From Candidatus Obscuribacteraceae bacterium (lineage in GTDB: Bacteria; Cyanobacteriota; Vampirovibrionia; Obscuribacterales; Obscuribacteraceae): a stretch of 64,000 nt of DNA. Where the stretch lies: NCBI GenBank assembly GCA_044226015.1, contig JBGAHS010000007.1, forward strand, positions 192,001 to 256,000. Reading direction: 5' to 3'. Below are positions 30,923 through 40,659 of the stretch, one piece after another (position 1 is the stretch's first letter; each line of letters begins with the position of its first letter). A program made the translations under genes and the position numbers. A model generated the notes under the pieces. The model did not search any database and was not told the origin of the DNA. It saw nothing but the letters and a program-made list of their open reading frames with translations.

Positions 30923-31134
30923 TAAAGGATGCCAAGTTTATCATTGGAACCCGCTGTTTGCCTGTTTTGCATCTAATTGTTGTTCTTGCTAAGCTTTGTT
31001 AATGTGTGTTAATGTGTTCCAAGAGCCAACGGGGATTTTATTCTTGCCGCTTCCGGTTAGAATCGGATAGAGTAAGATTATATCTATCCAAATTGCTGTA
31101 AAGGCTTGCGATTCGAAGAACAGGGGAATTTGTT

Positions 31135-31671
31135 ATGAAAAGGCTCTTGCTGGCTTCTCTCCTTGTGAGCATGGTTTCGACACCGGCACAGGCGCAGTTC
31201 GGTCGAAATGACAATCCAAACATGCGCAACTTCTACATGGCTCGTCAGCAAGTCCAAATATATGATGAAACTCCGCAAGTAAATGATATGAGAACAAATC
31301 CGGCTGCAGCTGCGCAAGCACCTGCGCCGGCAGTCGCTGGTCCACAGGCTTTGCCCCGAGCAGGCTTCAGCACCTACATGTCGGGGTATTCTGGTCCTAG
31401 TGCAAGGCAGGCGCTGCCTCCTGCAAGCAACGGCGTTCAAAAACTACCCCCGGCCGGACCCAACTTGACTGGGCAACGAGCACCAAGCGGTGGCACAATT
31501 AAGCCGAAAGTTGCCAAAGCTCCGGCAGTGAAGGCACCAGTGGTGGCCAAAAGCTATAAACCATATGCTAAGGCCCCTGTAAATACAGGTAACTCTGGCG
31601 GTCTTCTTAATTCTTCGACCTCCGTCTCTGGAAGTGTTTTGCACTGGAACCGCAGGAAAGCCGGTTACTAA
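31135..31671 (+). CDS. Secreted Pro/Ala-rich hypothetical protein
   Basis: Signal peptide ending AQA; RBS AGGGGA; low-complexity body. Confidence 0.75.
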   Translation: MKRLLLASLLVSMVSTPAQAQFGRNDNPNMRNFYMARQQVQIYDETPQVNDMRTNPAAAAQAPAPAVAGPQALPRAGFSTYMSGYSGPSARQALPPASNGVQKLPPAGPNLTGQRAPSGGTIKPKVAKAPAVKAPVVAKSYKPYAKAPVNTGNSGGLLNSSTSVSGSVLHWNRRKAGY

Positions 31672-32411
31672 AAGCGTCGCTCGATGCGCTGTTTTTTGCG
31701 AAGCGGTTTCTCAATTGCTTCGGGCAAATCTTTTTCTGCAGGCTTATTTTTTTCCGCAGTGGTTGTTGCAGTTCCACGTAACAAAGAAATCTGAATATCC
31801 AGTGTGCCAAGCTCGTTTCCTGCAGGATGCGAAAATACTGGCACTTTCATTACGCCGTTTTTCTGGATCGCCTTGCTCAGATACATGGTTCCGGTGCTTG
31901 TTTCACCCGGGAAAAGTAGTCTCTTCCCAAAACGAGATTCATCTATGTCTCGGCGTTCTTCATCCTTGCCATAAAATGCCGGACCAGGATTTTGCGCCTT
32001 GTTATATTCATCTACAAGTACGGAACCAACTCCACCTGTGCTAATTGATAGTCCTGCTTCCATAGCATCTTCAGGAAATGTTTGTCGTGAGGGTTTCTTT
32101 ATCACCTCATTTCTGGAAAGAGATTGTTCCCCCTCTCCGTCTGGAAACTTGACGCTATCAGCATCGAGAAGCAGCGCGCGTTTGCCGTTGTTGCTTACGC
32201 TTAGTTTCAATATATGCGTTCCTTCAACAATACTGGCTGTTGCTGCCAGTTCCTCCATTTTTAGCGTTGCCGTCATTTGCGGGTTTGTCTGGTTTGAAGT
32301 CTCTTTTAGCGGATCGCCAAGCTGAGCGTGTGCACAGTAAGCTGAACTCGTGAGGGTAATCAAAGTGAGAGATACAACGATGTTTGTCCTGAGCATTCTA
32401 GCGACCTCCAT
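31668..32411 (-). CDS. Secreted hypothetical protein, last gene of the Mac-type exporter operon
   Basis: Signal-peptide-like N-terminus ending AHA; start region overlaps the ABC ATPase stop; LFPGETSTG motif typical of Ig-like beta-sandwich domains. Confidence 0.7.
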   Translation of the reverse strand: MEVARMLRTNIVVSLTLITLTSSAYCAHAQLGDPLKETSNQTNPQMTATLKMEELAATASIVEGTHILKLSVSNNGKRALLLDADSVKFPDGEGEQSLSRNEVIKKPSRQTFPEDAMEAGLSISTGGVGSVLVDEYNKAQNPGPAFYGKDEERRDIDESRFGKRLLFPGETSTGTMYLSKAIQKNGVMKVPVFSHPAGNELGTLDIQISLLRGTATTTAEKNKPAEKDLPEAIEKPLRKKQRIERRF

Positions 32412-33102
32412 TCGTGGACCCGATTAGATGGTCACCGAGAATTTTTCCATCTCTTACTTTGATGACCCGCTGTGCATGACCGGCCGTTTCGGGGTCATGT
32501 GTCACCAGAATTACTGTAATTCCTGCCTCGACGAGACGGTTAAAAACGCCCATGATTTCCTGCGCGGTGTTGCTATCGAGTGCCCCTGTTGGCTCGTCTG
32601 CCAGTATTATTTGTGGATGATTTACAATTGCTCGGGCAATTGCAACACGTTGTTGCTGCCCACCAGATAGCTGATTTGGACGGTGATCCATTCTGTCTGC
32701 CAGTCCTAGTTCCGTCAGTGCTTTCTGCGCTAGTTCATTTCGTTGTTGTTTTGGCACTCCAGCGTAAACCAGCGGTAGCATGACGTTTTCCAGTGCGCTC
32801 ATGCGAGGAAGAAGATTGAATTGTTGAAACACGAAGCCAATGGTCTTGTTTCTCAACTCTGCTAATTCGTCGTCTGATCTGTTTGAAATGTCTTCGCCGT
32901 GAAGAATGTATTGTCCAGATGTAGGTTTGTCGAGGCAGCCCACGATGTTCATCAAAGTGGATTTGCCTGAACCCGATGTGCCCATGATTGCAACATATTC
33001 GCCCTTCCCTATGGTCAAATCCAACCCTTGAAGAGCATGCACTGGCTCAGACCCAAGTTCATAAGTGCGCCATAAATTTTTCAGCTCTATGATGTTCTCC
33101 AT
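32398..33102 (-). CDS. ABC transporter ATP-binding protein (MacB/LolD family)
   Basis: Walker A GTSGSGKST, LSGGQQQRV, ILADEPTGALD, H-loop. True start MENII at 33102, coupled via TGATG to the permease. Confidence 0.95.
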   Translation of the reverse strand: MENIIELKNLWRTYELGSEPVHALQGLDLTIGKGEYVAIMGTSGSGKSTLMNIVGCLDKPTSGQYILHGEDISNRSDDELAELRNKTIGFVFQQFNLLPRMSALENVMLPLVYAGVPKQQRNELAQKALTELGLADRMDHRPNQLSGGQQQRVAIARAIVNHPQIILADEPTGALDSNTAQEIMGVFNRLVEAGITVILVTHDPETAGHAQRVIKVRDGKILGDHLIGSTNGGR

Positions 33103-34325
33103 CAGTCTGACCTCAATGCCATAATTGGGTCGAGTTTTGCTGCTTTCCTTGCCGGATAGATTCCAAAGAACAATCCGATGGCTAGTGAAACGCAAAACGA
33201 TAGTACTACAGACAGTGGCGTCACTACGGTTGTCCATTTTGCAAAACTGCTTATAGCATATGAGCCACCAATTCCGAGTAGAATTCCGAGTAAGCCACCC
33301 GTTAGTGACATAAGCAGTGCTTCAAGGACAAATTGTGAGAGTATATCGCCGTACTTTGCACCTATGGCTTTCCGGATGCCAATTTCGCGAGTTCTTTCCG
33401 TAACGGAAACTAGCATGATATTCATAATTCCGATGCCACCAACCAGGAGTGAGATGCCTGCGGTTGCACCCAGAAGAAGGGAGAAGACACCCGTAATTGA
33501 TTGCGCTGTTTGCATGATGTCCAGCTGTGTGCGCAGCGTGAAGTCGTCATCCTCAGTTTTTAACTCGTGTCGAAGTCTGAGCAGGTTTGTGATCTGAAAG
33601 TTCGCTTGCAAATCTTGATCTTTATGTGCCTGTACGAGAATGGCTCTTACTGAGCGTCCTGTCACCTGGCTTAAACCAAAAAGCGTTGCATAACCTGTCG
33701 TAAGAGGAATGAAGACCTGGTCATCCATATCCATTCCCTGGGCAACACCTTTGTGTTCCATTTCGCCGATGACAGTGAAAATTTCTCCCCTGATCAAGAT
33801 GCGTTTGCCCATCGGGTTGTCGCCCGCGAAAAGACTGTCAGTTATGGCGTCGCCGATAACCGCTACTCTTGCGCCATCGTTCATCTCAGTGTCGTTAAAA
33901 AATCTTCCCCGTTTGGTGTAGAAGTTGCGAATACCTGGATAGGAAGGCTCTGTTGCTACTACCGACGTTAGAGTGTTATTCTCTCCGAACTGAACCTGAA
34001 AGTTGGATGTGTACTGTGCCGCCACTGCTTCCACGGCGGGGCAGTTGTCTTTTATTGCCAGAGCATCATCGTATGTCAGAGTTGGTGCGGTTCCTTGCCC
34101 TTGAGAAATGTGTGAACTACTGATTGAGCCCGGTCGAATGTAAATAAGATTGACACCAAGAGCGGTGACTTGTTTTTCTGCTTCAGCTTTGGCACCCTCT
34201 CCGATGCCCAGTAGCGTAATTACTGATGCAATGCCAATTATGATTCCTAAAACAGTAAGCCCGCTGCGAAGCTTATTGCTGAACAGCCCCTGCCAGGCTA
34301 TCGAAAGTAATTGAAAAATGTTCAC
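33102..34325 (-). CDS. ABC transporter permease (MacB family)
   Basis: NKLRSGLTVLGIIIG, VGGIGIMNIMLVSVTERTREIGIRKAIGA, YPARKAAKLDPI.ALR. Confidence 0.95.
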   Translation of the reverse strand: MNIFQLLSIAWQGLFSNKLRSGLTVLGIIIGIASVITLLGIGEGAKAEAEKQVTALGVNLIYIRPGSISSSHISQGQGTAPTLTYDDALAIKDNCPAVEAVAAQYTSNFQVQFGENNTLTSVVATEPSYPGIRNFYTKRGRFFNDTEMNDGARVAVIGDAITDSLFAGDNPMGKRILIRGEIFTVIGEMEHKGVAQGMDMDDQVFIPLTTGYATLFGLSQVTGRSVRAILVQAHKDQDLQANFQITNLLRLRHELKTEDDDFTLRTQLDIMQTAQSITGVFSLLLGATAGISLLVGGIGIMNIMLVSVTERTREIGIRKAIGAKYGDILSQFVLEALLMSLTGGLLGILLGIGGSYAISSFAKWTTVVTPLSVVLSFCVSLAIGLFFGIYPARKAAKLDPIMALRSD

Positions 34326-34340
34326 GTCGACTTGAAATGC

Positions 34341-35876
34341 CTACCTGATGCCACCACCGCCGCCGCCGCGTCCTCTACCTCCTCTTCCGCCGCCGCCGCT
34401 CATGAATGGTAATGGTCCATTGCCAGGTCCGCCAGGTCCCATGCCTCCGCCATAACCCTGCTTTGTTAGCTCTTCGCGCGAGAGCCCAAGGAAAATCTTA
34501 TCCCCTTCTTTCAAGCCGCGCTCGACAACAATTCTGCGGCCAACCGTAGCGCCAGTTTGAATTTCTTTGAATTCAGGCTTTCCTTCCTTTCCAGGTACAA
34601 AGACACCAGTTTGGCCTTTTTTGGAGACTACTGCAACCGTGGGAATCAGCAACGCGTCGTTGATCTTTCCGACCAGGAATTTTGCACCCACATTCATGCC
34701 AGAAAGCAGTTCTTTTGAAGCATCACCGATGAGATCTGCGTGAACTTCAAATGTAGTGACGTTTTGTGTGACTATTGCTGCGGGTGCAATTTGAGTGACT
34801 TTGCCTTGAAATGTTCTGTTTTGATATGAGGTCGCAGTAATATCGACTGCTTGTCCCACTTTTATTTTGGTGATACTCGATTCTGATACTTGTGCCACCA
34901 TTTCGAGTTCACCTGCCAGGGCTACAATCGAACTCGACGTTGCGGAAGTTGTAGCCGCTGAGGTTGTTGGTGTGACGAAGGCACCTTCATCTGCATATTT
35001 TTGAGTTATCACACCATCAAATGGAGCTTTTACTCGCATGTCCGCAAGCAAACTCTCCATCTTGTGCAGATTTCCATGTGCCTGCTCGGAAGCGTGTTTT
35101 GCTGCTTCGATTTCTTCTTGTCTAAAACCAGCATTCATCAGCTTCTGTTGTTCGAGAACTGTATTCAATTCTTCCTGGCTTTGCGCCATTGCGATTTCAG
35201 CTTGTGCTCGTTCTTTTACCGCAGCATTTAGCTGTGAACTAACAACCTCTTGTTGGGTTGCCGCATCAATTTGTGCTTGATCAGAGACTGCGCCAGCCTT
35301 GGCTAACATGGCTTGTCTTGCCGCAAACGTCTCTTCTCGCTTCAACTGTGCACGGGTTGCTTCCAATTGAGAGTCCAATCTCATGATGTTTTGCTTTGCT
35401 TGCAAGACTGCCTTTTGAGCACGCATCGCCTGATATTTTGAGGCCGCGATTTCTTGTGGACGATTTCCATGCTGCAATTTCTCGTAATTGGAAAGCGCGG
35501 TCAAATAAGCTCCGCGTGCCGATTCGATATCGCCCAGCAAATTGCTGTCGTCCATAATCGCTAAGATATCGCCTTCGTGAACATAGTCTCCTTGTTTTAC
35601 TATCAATTGCTTCAGCAAGCCAGACTGTTTGGGGCTGATCTTTACTTCTTTTTTGGGACGAATTGTGCCAGTCGCGAGAATGGCAATCTCGGCCGGACCC
35701 CTTTTAACTTGCGTAGTATTGGAAGCATCCGCCTCCGTAGTTTTATTCTGTTGCGACCACCAGTAATATCCCCCGGCTCCCGCCAGCGTAAGCAGAACGA
35801 GAGCAACAGCAGACCATTTCAGCAGTCGTGATTTCTGCTGTCTTGTTTTGTTTGATCGAACAATCTGTTGGGTCAT
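34341..35876 (-). CDS. Efflux periplasmic adaptor (MacA/HlyD family)
   Basis: N-terminal TM, lipoyl halves (VKQGDYV..GD, APFDGVI), long coiled coil, Gly/Arg-rich tail. Confidence 0.93.
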   Translation of the reverse strand: MTQQIVRSNKTRQQKSRLLKWSAVALVLLTLAGAGGYYWWSQQNKTTEADASNTTQVKRGPAEIAILATGTIRPKKEVKISPKQSGLLKQLIVKQGDYVHEGDILAIMDDSNLLGDIESARGAYLTALSNYEKLQHGNRPQEIAASKYQAMRAQKAVLQAKQNIMRLDSQLEATRAQLKREETFAARQAMLAKAGAVSDQAQIDAATQQEVVSSQLNAAVKERAQAEIAMAQSQEELNTVLEQQKLMNAGFRQEEIEAAKHASEQAHGNLHKMESLLADMRVKAPFDGVITQKYADEGAFVTPTTSAATTSATSSSIVALAGELEMVAQVSESSITKIKVGQAVDITATSYQNRTFQGKVTQIAPAAIVTQNVTTFEVHADLIGDASKELLSGMNVGAKFLVGKINDALLIPTVAVVSKKGQTGVFVPGKEGKPEFKEIQTGATVGRRIVVERGLKEGDKIFLGLSREELTKQGYGGGMGPGGPGNGPLPFMSGGGGRGGRGRGGGGGGIR

Positions 35877-35946
35877 AGGAAGATACCGCCGCAGCTCAGC
35901 AGTTTTAGTGCGCTGAAATCAACGCATTTGCTAGCAATATTAAATC

Positions 35947-35973
35947 TGGACGCTGCGCATTCCTCCATGTTCC
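35947..35973 (-). promoter_or_regulatory. Putative ECF sigma promoter GGAACA-N16-GTCCA (internal, between tolC and the adaptor gene)
   Basis: The reverse complement of 35947-35973 reads GGAACATGGAGGAATGCGCAGCGTCCA, 70 bp upstream of ATG 35876. Confidence 0.6.
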
Positions 35974-35999
35974 CCTGGTATTCTAATCGATATACATGC

Positions 36000-37793
36000 T
36001 TAACGCACATTTTGCAAGTCTTTCACTCCAATTGGGCGAGCATATTCACGAGTCAAGCTGGCTATGGAAATCAAGCCAGTATCGCGCAATAACTGTGCCT
36101 GCGAGACGTTAAATGCAATGATGGCTTGCACATGATTTGTCAGAGCTGTTACATAGTCTCTTTGAGCTTGTATCAGCTCGAGGTTAATGCCCTGTCCATA
36201 GGTGACCCGGAGGTTAGCGAGCCTGAGCTGCTCTGCTGCTGAAACCAGGGCTTCAGCGGCAACGTCGACCTGCTCTTTTGCTGTGAGCATATTTAGATAT
36301 GAACTGCGAACTTCGAACTCCACATTCAACAGGGTCTGATTTGATTGCAAAAGTGCCTGGCGAGCAAGAGCCTGCGCCGAAAGTGTATTTGCTACGTCTG
36401 GAATTCCCATCGATGAGAGATTCCAGCTCAGGTCGAAGCCAGCGCTGACAGATCTGCCCCCGCTTCCACTGACCCCTATGCCACCACTACCGGTGCCTGT
36501 GGGGATAATTACGGTTGACCCCGCAAGAGAATTCGCATTGTTATTACTGTTGTTATTGCTGTTGGCACTCGAAGATGAAGACCCGTTTTGAGCCTTCACC
36601 GTGCTTAAGACGTTGTTTTGAAAGGTCTGAGTAAAATTACTCTTGAATGACTCTGTGTTTGTTGTCGATGCAAAAAATTGAAATGTCGGATAGAGGTTCG
36701 CTTGTTGAACTTGAACATTTCTGCGAGCCGCTAAGCGAAGAGCCTCGTATTGTTTTAGCTCAGGGCGTAATTTCATGGTCGTGCTCATTAGATCTTTAAT
36801 GTCGACCGTTTGCGGAATGAGCCTGACCTCCCTGACTTTTGATTCTCTGGGAATGAGGTTAATCGCCATACTTGTATTAAGAATGCGCGCAAGCTGCAAT
36901 GATGCCTGGCGAACCAGAACTTGCTGTTGCAACAATGCTTGCTTATCGAGAGCTAACTGCGTGCGTGATTGATAAACAGCAAAAGTTGTTCCTACTCCGG
37001 CATCTTTTAATTGTTGGTTGAGAGATAGCTGCGTGCGAGACAATTCAACCGATTTTACGCGAATCTGCAAAAGAGACTGCTGCAGCAAGAGGTCAAAATA
37101 ACGGCGGTATGAATCTAACAAAACATCATTTATTGATGCGTGATAACTGTTTTTTGCTGCCTTCGCTCTGAAGTAATTCACCGCGGCACCATATACGATG
37201 CGCCCACCTTGAAAAACGGGGAATCTCACAGTTGTTGAATCCGTGAATATTTGCGAAGGAAAGCTACCGAGACTTTGTAAGCGTTGCCCTCTATAGCCTA
37301 TGGTGAAATCGGGTAAAAATCTGCCTAAAGACCCCCAGAACAAGTATTTTTGAGAGTCATAAGAGGCTTGAGAAATTCGAATCGCTAGATTGTTGTTCAA
37401 AGCGACGCGCAGTACATCTTCCAATCCCACAGGCTCATTGAAGCTAGCTTCCAATTTAATTGGAGGGAGCTTTCCTCCGCCGATTGGTAACAACTCGGCA
37501 GCCGGAATTGGAGTGAGCTCAACTGTTCCAGCCTCCTCCTTTTGTTGGGCTGTCAGACCGGGATCTTTCTTTTCTTCTGTAAATGGAACTGCAGGATTGT
37601 TCGGAAGCGGGTAGAGCTGCTCCAGGCTGGAATCAGCCGCAGGGTGAGGTACTGTGCCATTCTGTTTATTTGAAATTTTGCTTGACGGAATTGTTTGTTG
37701 AAGCTGCGCTTCCGCAGGCATTTGCGCCAGAAGAATCAGGGCCAGAAGGGAAATATGTTTATGACGCAAGAAGCTACTCACTCTGGTTGACAA
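36000..37793 (-). CDS. TolC-family outer membrane efflux protein
   Basis: Signal peptide; two OEP repeats (ALNNN.AI, RPELK, YPT, VRSSY..M, G.G.NLEL..AQ); Ser/Asn-rich insertion. Confidence 0.9.
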   Translation of the reverse strand: MSTRVSSFLRHKHISLLALILLAQMPAEAQLQQTIPSSKISNKQNGTVPHPAADSSLEQLYPLPNNPAVPFTEEKKDPGLTAQQKEEAGTVELTPIPAAELLPIGGGKLPPIKLEASFNEPVGLEDVLRVALNNNLAIRISQASYDSQKYLFWGSLGRFLPDFTIGYRGQRLQSLGSFPSQIFTDSTTVRFPVFQGGRIVYGAAVNYFRAKAAKNSYHASINDVLLDSYRRYFDLLLQQSLLQIRVKSVELSRTQLSLNQQLKDAGVGTTFAVYQSRTQLALDKQALLQQQVLVRQASLQLARILNTSMAINLIPRESKVREVRLIPQTVDIKDLMSTTMKLRPELKQYEALRLAARRNVQVQQANLYPTFQFFASTTNTESFKSNFTQTFQNNVLSTVKAQNGSSSSSANSNNNSNNNANSLAGSTVIIPTGTGSGGIGVSGSGGRSVSAGFDLSWNLSSMGIPDVANTLSAQALARQALLQSNQTLLNVEFEVRSSYLNMLTAKEQVDVAAEALVSAAEQLRLANLRVTYGQGINLELIQAQRDYVTALTNHVQAIIAFNVSQAQLLRDTGLISIASLTREYARPIGVKDLQNVR

Positions 37794-37908
37794 TAATAAG
37801 GATCTGATGCATCTCCATTGTCTCCTGAGCTGCGAACCGGCACATTAGTGGACTCCAAGCCTTTGTATTATATAAGCGCAGTTATTAATTGAGAGCTGCA
37901 AACTATGT

Positions 37909-38505
37909 TTATTGGCTATGAACTGGTGTTAGCAATGGACATTTTTCGAGAAAATCAGCTTCGCGAGTGATGGCTGAATCTTCCGTATGACAGAAGGGGG
38001 TTCTCTTTAGCCGTCCTGTAAAAAGGTCATCTAAGCCATATGGAGCATATATTTCAATGCTCTCGTCTTTACTTAATCTGACACCGATAGCAGTGGCTGT
38101 ATGCAAGAAGTGCTTGATGCCATCTTTACTGTTGCTGAATGAAAAATGCCAGTCCCTCCAGTGTCCGAAGCTCGACTGGTTTTTTACGTCGAAGACCCAT
38201 TGGCCATGGAGGCTCTCCAGGAAGGCTTTCTTGCTGCGCTCAAAGGGTCTTTCCGTGTCAAGGTCGAAAAAAAGAACATCGAGATCTTTGATTTTCAATT
38301 TGCAATCGTTTCCGTAGATATTTTGCCAGACGGTGTTGCGAATTGCGCCCCCAGCTAACCAGCAATCAGGCAAATCTAAATCACGAATGGAGTAAAGTGT
38401 TTCGAACCATTCACAGTCGCGAATTATTTGCCGTAGTCGTTCTTCCGGTTCGAGCCTAGCCGCGCATCCATTTCTCTTGGACTCATCACCAGGGTGCGCC
38501 ATCAA
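37909..38505 (-). CDS. Nucleotidyltransferase family protein (DUF925/NTP_transf_6)
   Basis: LPDCWLAGGAIRNTVW, DLDVLFFD, VKNQ, TATAIGVRL, APYGLDDLF. Confidence 0.88.
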   Translation of the reverse strand: MMAHPGDESKRNGCAARLEPEERLRQIIRDCEWFETLYSIRDLDLPDCWLAGGAIRNTVWQNIYGNDCKLKIKDLDVLFFDLDTERPFERSKKAFLESLHGQWVFDVKNQSSFGHWRDWHFSFSNSKDGIKHFLHTATAIGVRLSKDESIEIYAPYGLDDLFTGRLKRTPFCHTEDSAITREADFLEKCPLLTPVHSQ

Positions 38506-38611
38506 TTTGATTCTCCGCTCTGCTCAGGCTTTTTAGACGCTTAATTATAGTTGAATCGACTAAAAAGTTTATGACGGGGAATTATGTTAATGCTAGAGAG
38601 GGTGAATTTTA

Positions 38612-39169
38612 ATGCTATTAGCAGACACAATGGCGATCTTTTTTGTGATCATAGGGTTGCTCATAACCTTCCCCAGTCTGTGGTTGTTTTGTGAGGCGCT
38701 CTTTCCTGCGTGGGTTGACGAGAGCAGCAGCGCCGTGAAACATGGATTTATTAAATCGCTACTTTGCGGTATACCGGTAGTTCTGGCTGCGGTCTTCATT
38801 GTTGCCATACTGGGAAAGCTACCAGGCTCAGTAGGGCAAATCGCCGGAATTCTTAGTTTTTGCTTGCTCATGCTTTTTGCACAACTAGGAGTAGCAGGCT
38901 TCGCTCGCGTTTTGGGTATGCGTCTGAAAAATTCAGAAAAAGACACAACAATCAGAGTTACTCTTCGTGGTGGCGCAGTTCTTGTGCTAACGTTTTTGTT
39001 GCCTATTCTCGGTTGGTTCTTAATTCTGCCCGGCTCTATTGTAATAGGCGCTGGCTCTTCTATCAGGGTCTTCTGTTCAAGAATCAGAGCAACGATGAGA
39101 AGTTCAAAAAAGGCGAAGGCGCCAGCTGTTGTATTGTCCGGCTCTGAGGCAGGCTTGCAAGAGCCATGA
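38612..39169 (+). CDS. Membrane protein (4-5 TM), translationally coupled to DUF1800
   Basis: Hydrophobic helices, LPILGW motif; ATGA overlap with the next gene. Confidence 0.75.
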   Translation: MLLADTMAIFFVIIGLLITFPSLWLFCEALFPAWVDESSSAVKHGFIKSLLCGIPVVLAAVFIVAILGKLPGSVGQIAGILSFCLLMLFAQLGVAGFARVLGMRLKNSEKDTTIRVTLRGGAVLVLTFLLPILGWFLILPGSIVIGAGSSIRVFCSRIRATMRSSKKAKAPAVVLSGSEAGLQEP

Positions 39170-40656
39170 AGCTAAGTCGGAGAAAAGCACTGGAGGCTGC
39201 AGCTGCCATAGCCGCATGTTCATCGCTAAGTTCTTGCGAGTCAATTTACAGCGAAGTAAGCAAAAATCTCGGAACTCGAATCCCGGAAAAAGTTGCAGTG
39301 CCTGCTGGAGAGGCAATAGACCCCTTCTTTCATTTTCTTTCCCGAGCTTCCTACGGTCCCTGGGTCGGCGATGTACAAAAGTTGCGTGAAAAAGGAATAG
39401 AGAAGTGGTTAGAAGAGCAGTTAGAGCCAGAGAAAATAAATGATATCGCCTGCGAAGTTCGAGCCAGAAGATTTGAAACCATACACTTGAATGAAGGCGC
39501 TTGTTTCGATTTTAAGCGTGAATCTTTGCGTCAGGATATATTGCGCCACACACTTTTGCGTGCTATTTACAGCCAACGGCAATTACTAGAAGTGATGAGC
39601 GGTTTTTGGACCGACCATTTGAACATCAGTCTGGATAAGGGCGATTGCATCTATTACAAAGCTTCAGATGATCGGCGCGTCGTTCGGCAGAATGCTTTGC
39701 GGCATTTTAAGCCAATGATACTGTCTTCTGCCAAATCACCTGCGATGCTTGAATATCTTGATGGCAAAGAAAATAAGATCAAACCATCGGGTGTACCAAA
39801 TGAAAACTATGCACGTGAATTGCTCGAGTTGCATACGCTCGGTGTTCACGGTGGCTATTGCCAGAAAGATGTTTACGAGCTGGCTCGCTGTCTCACCGGC
39901 TGGACTTTGCCTGGTGAATCTGAGCGGGGTAAGGTACAGTTTGTTGCAGACTTACATGACAATGGGGAAAAGCACTTGCTGGGCAAGACCGTTCCGGCTG
40001 GCGGCGGTGAAAAGGATCTTGCCACTGCTGTTGATATCATTTTTTCTCATCCAAACTGCGCTCGTTATGTCGCAGGAAAAATTACCAATCATTTTGTCAG
40101 TCAACCAAGTGATAATCTATTGAAAGCCGCAGTCTCTTCGTTCGAAAAACATCCTGACGGCGACATTCAGGCAACTCTGAAAACTGTTTTGCTATCACCT
40201 GAGTTTATGGCAGATCGAGGCACGAAAATAAAGCGTCCGTTCAACTTTATTGTTTCGCTTCTACGCTCATTAGGGGCTGATACTCACGCTCATAATGATT
40301 TGCTTGAATATCTTCAGCGCATGGGGCAGATGCCCTTCCAATACCCGACTCCCGATGGTTACCCTGAAGATCCTGATTTCTGGATGGGCACTCTTTTGTG
40401 GCGCTGGAAGTTTGCACTTGCCTGTTGTTCGGCTGAGATTGAATCAGTAAGCCTGGACTTTGAGTCCTTTTTCTCATCATTGGGATTCAGCGAAAATGAC
40501 AAGGCAATTGCCTCTAAGGCTTTTGCTCATTTTATTGGTCGAGACCCTGATGCTACGGAGTTGTCTGCTCTGAATTCATACAGTGCTGATAGACGGGTTC
40601 AAAGAAAAGATCTCATAAGCCTCGTGCTTTGTTCGCCTGCTTTTCAGAGGTACTAG
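39166..40656 (+). CDS. DUF1800 family protein with Tat/lipoprotein-like signal
   Basis: SRRKAL..; QLLEVMSGFWTDHL, SPAMLEYLD, PNENYARELLELHTLG, GQMPF..PTPDGY. Confidence 0.93.
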   Translation: MKLSRRKALEAAAAIAACSSLSSCESIYSEVSKNLGTRIPEKVAVPAGEAIDPFFHFLSRASYGPWVGDVQKLREKGIEKWLEEQLEPEKINDIACEVRARRFETIHLNEGACFDFKRESLRQDILRHTLLRAIYSQRQLLEVMSGFWTDHLNISLDKGDCIYYKASDDRRVVRQNALRHFKPMILSSAKSPAMLEYLDGKENKIKPSGVPNENYARELLELHTLGVHGGYCQKDVYELARCLTGWTLPGESERGKVQFVADLHDNGEKHLLGKTVPAGGGEKDLATAVDIIFSHPNCARYVAGKITNHFVSQPSDNLLKAAVSSFEKHPDGDIQATLKTVLLSPEFMADRGTKIKRPFNFIVSLLRSLGADTHAHNDLLEYLQRMGQMPFQYPTPDGYPEDPDFWMGTLLWRWKFALACCSAEIESVSLDFESFFSSLGFSENDKAIASKAFAHFIGRDPDATELSALNSYSADRRVQRKDLISLVLCSPAFQRY

Positions 40657-40659
40657 AAG

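Noticed and set aside
33103..33237. N-terminal extension of the ABC ATPase in the ORF track
   Set aside because: It overlaps the permease; the coupled TGATG start at 33102 gives a normal-length ATPase.
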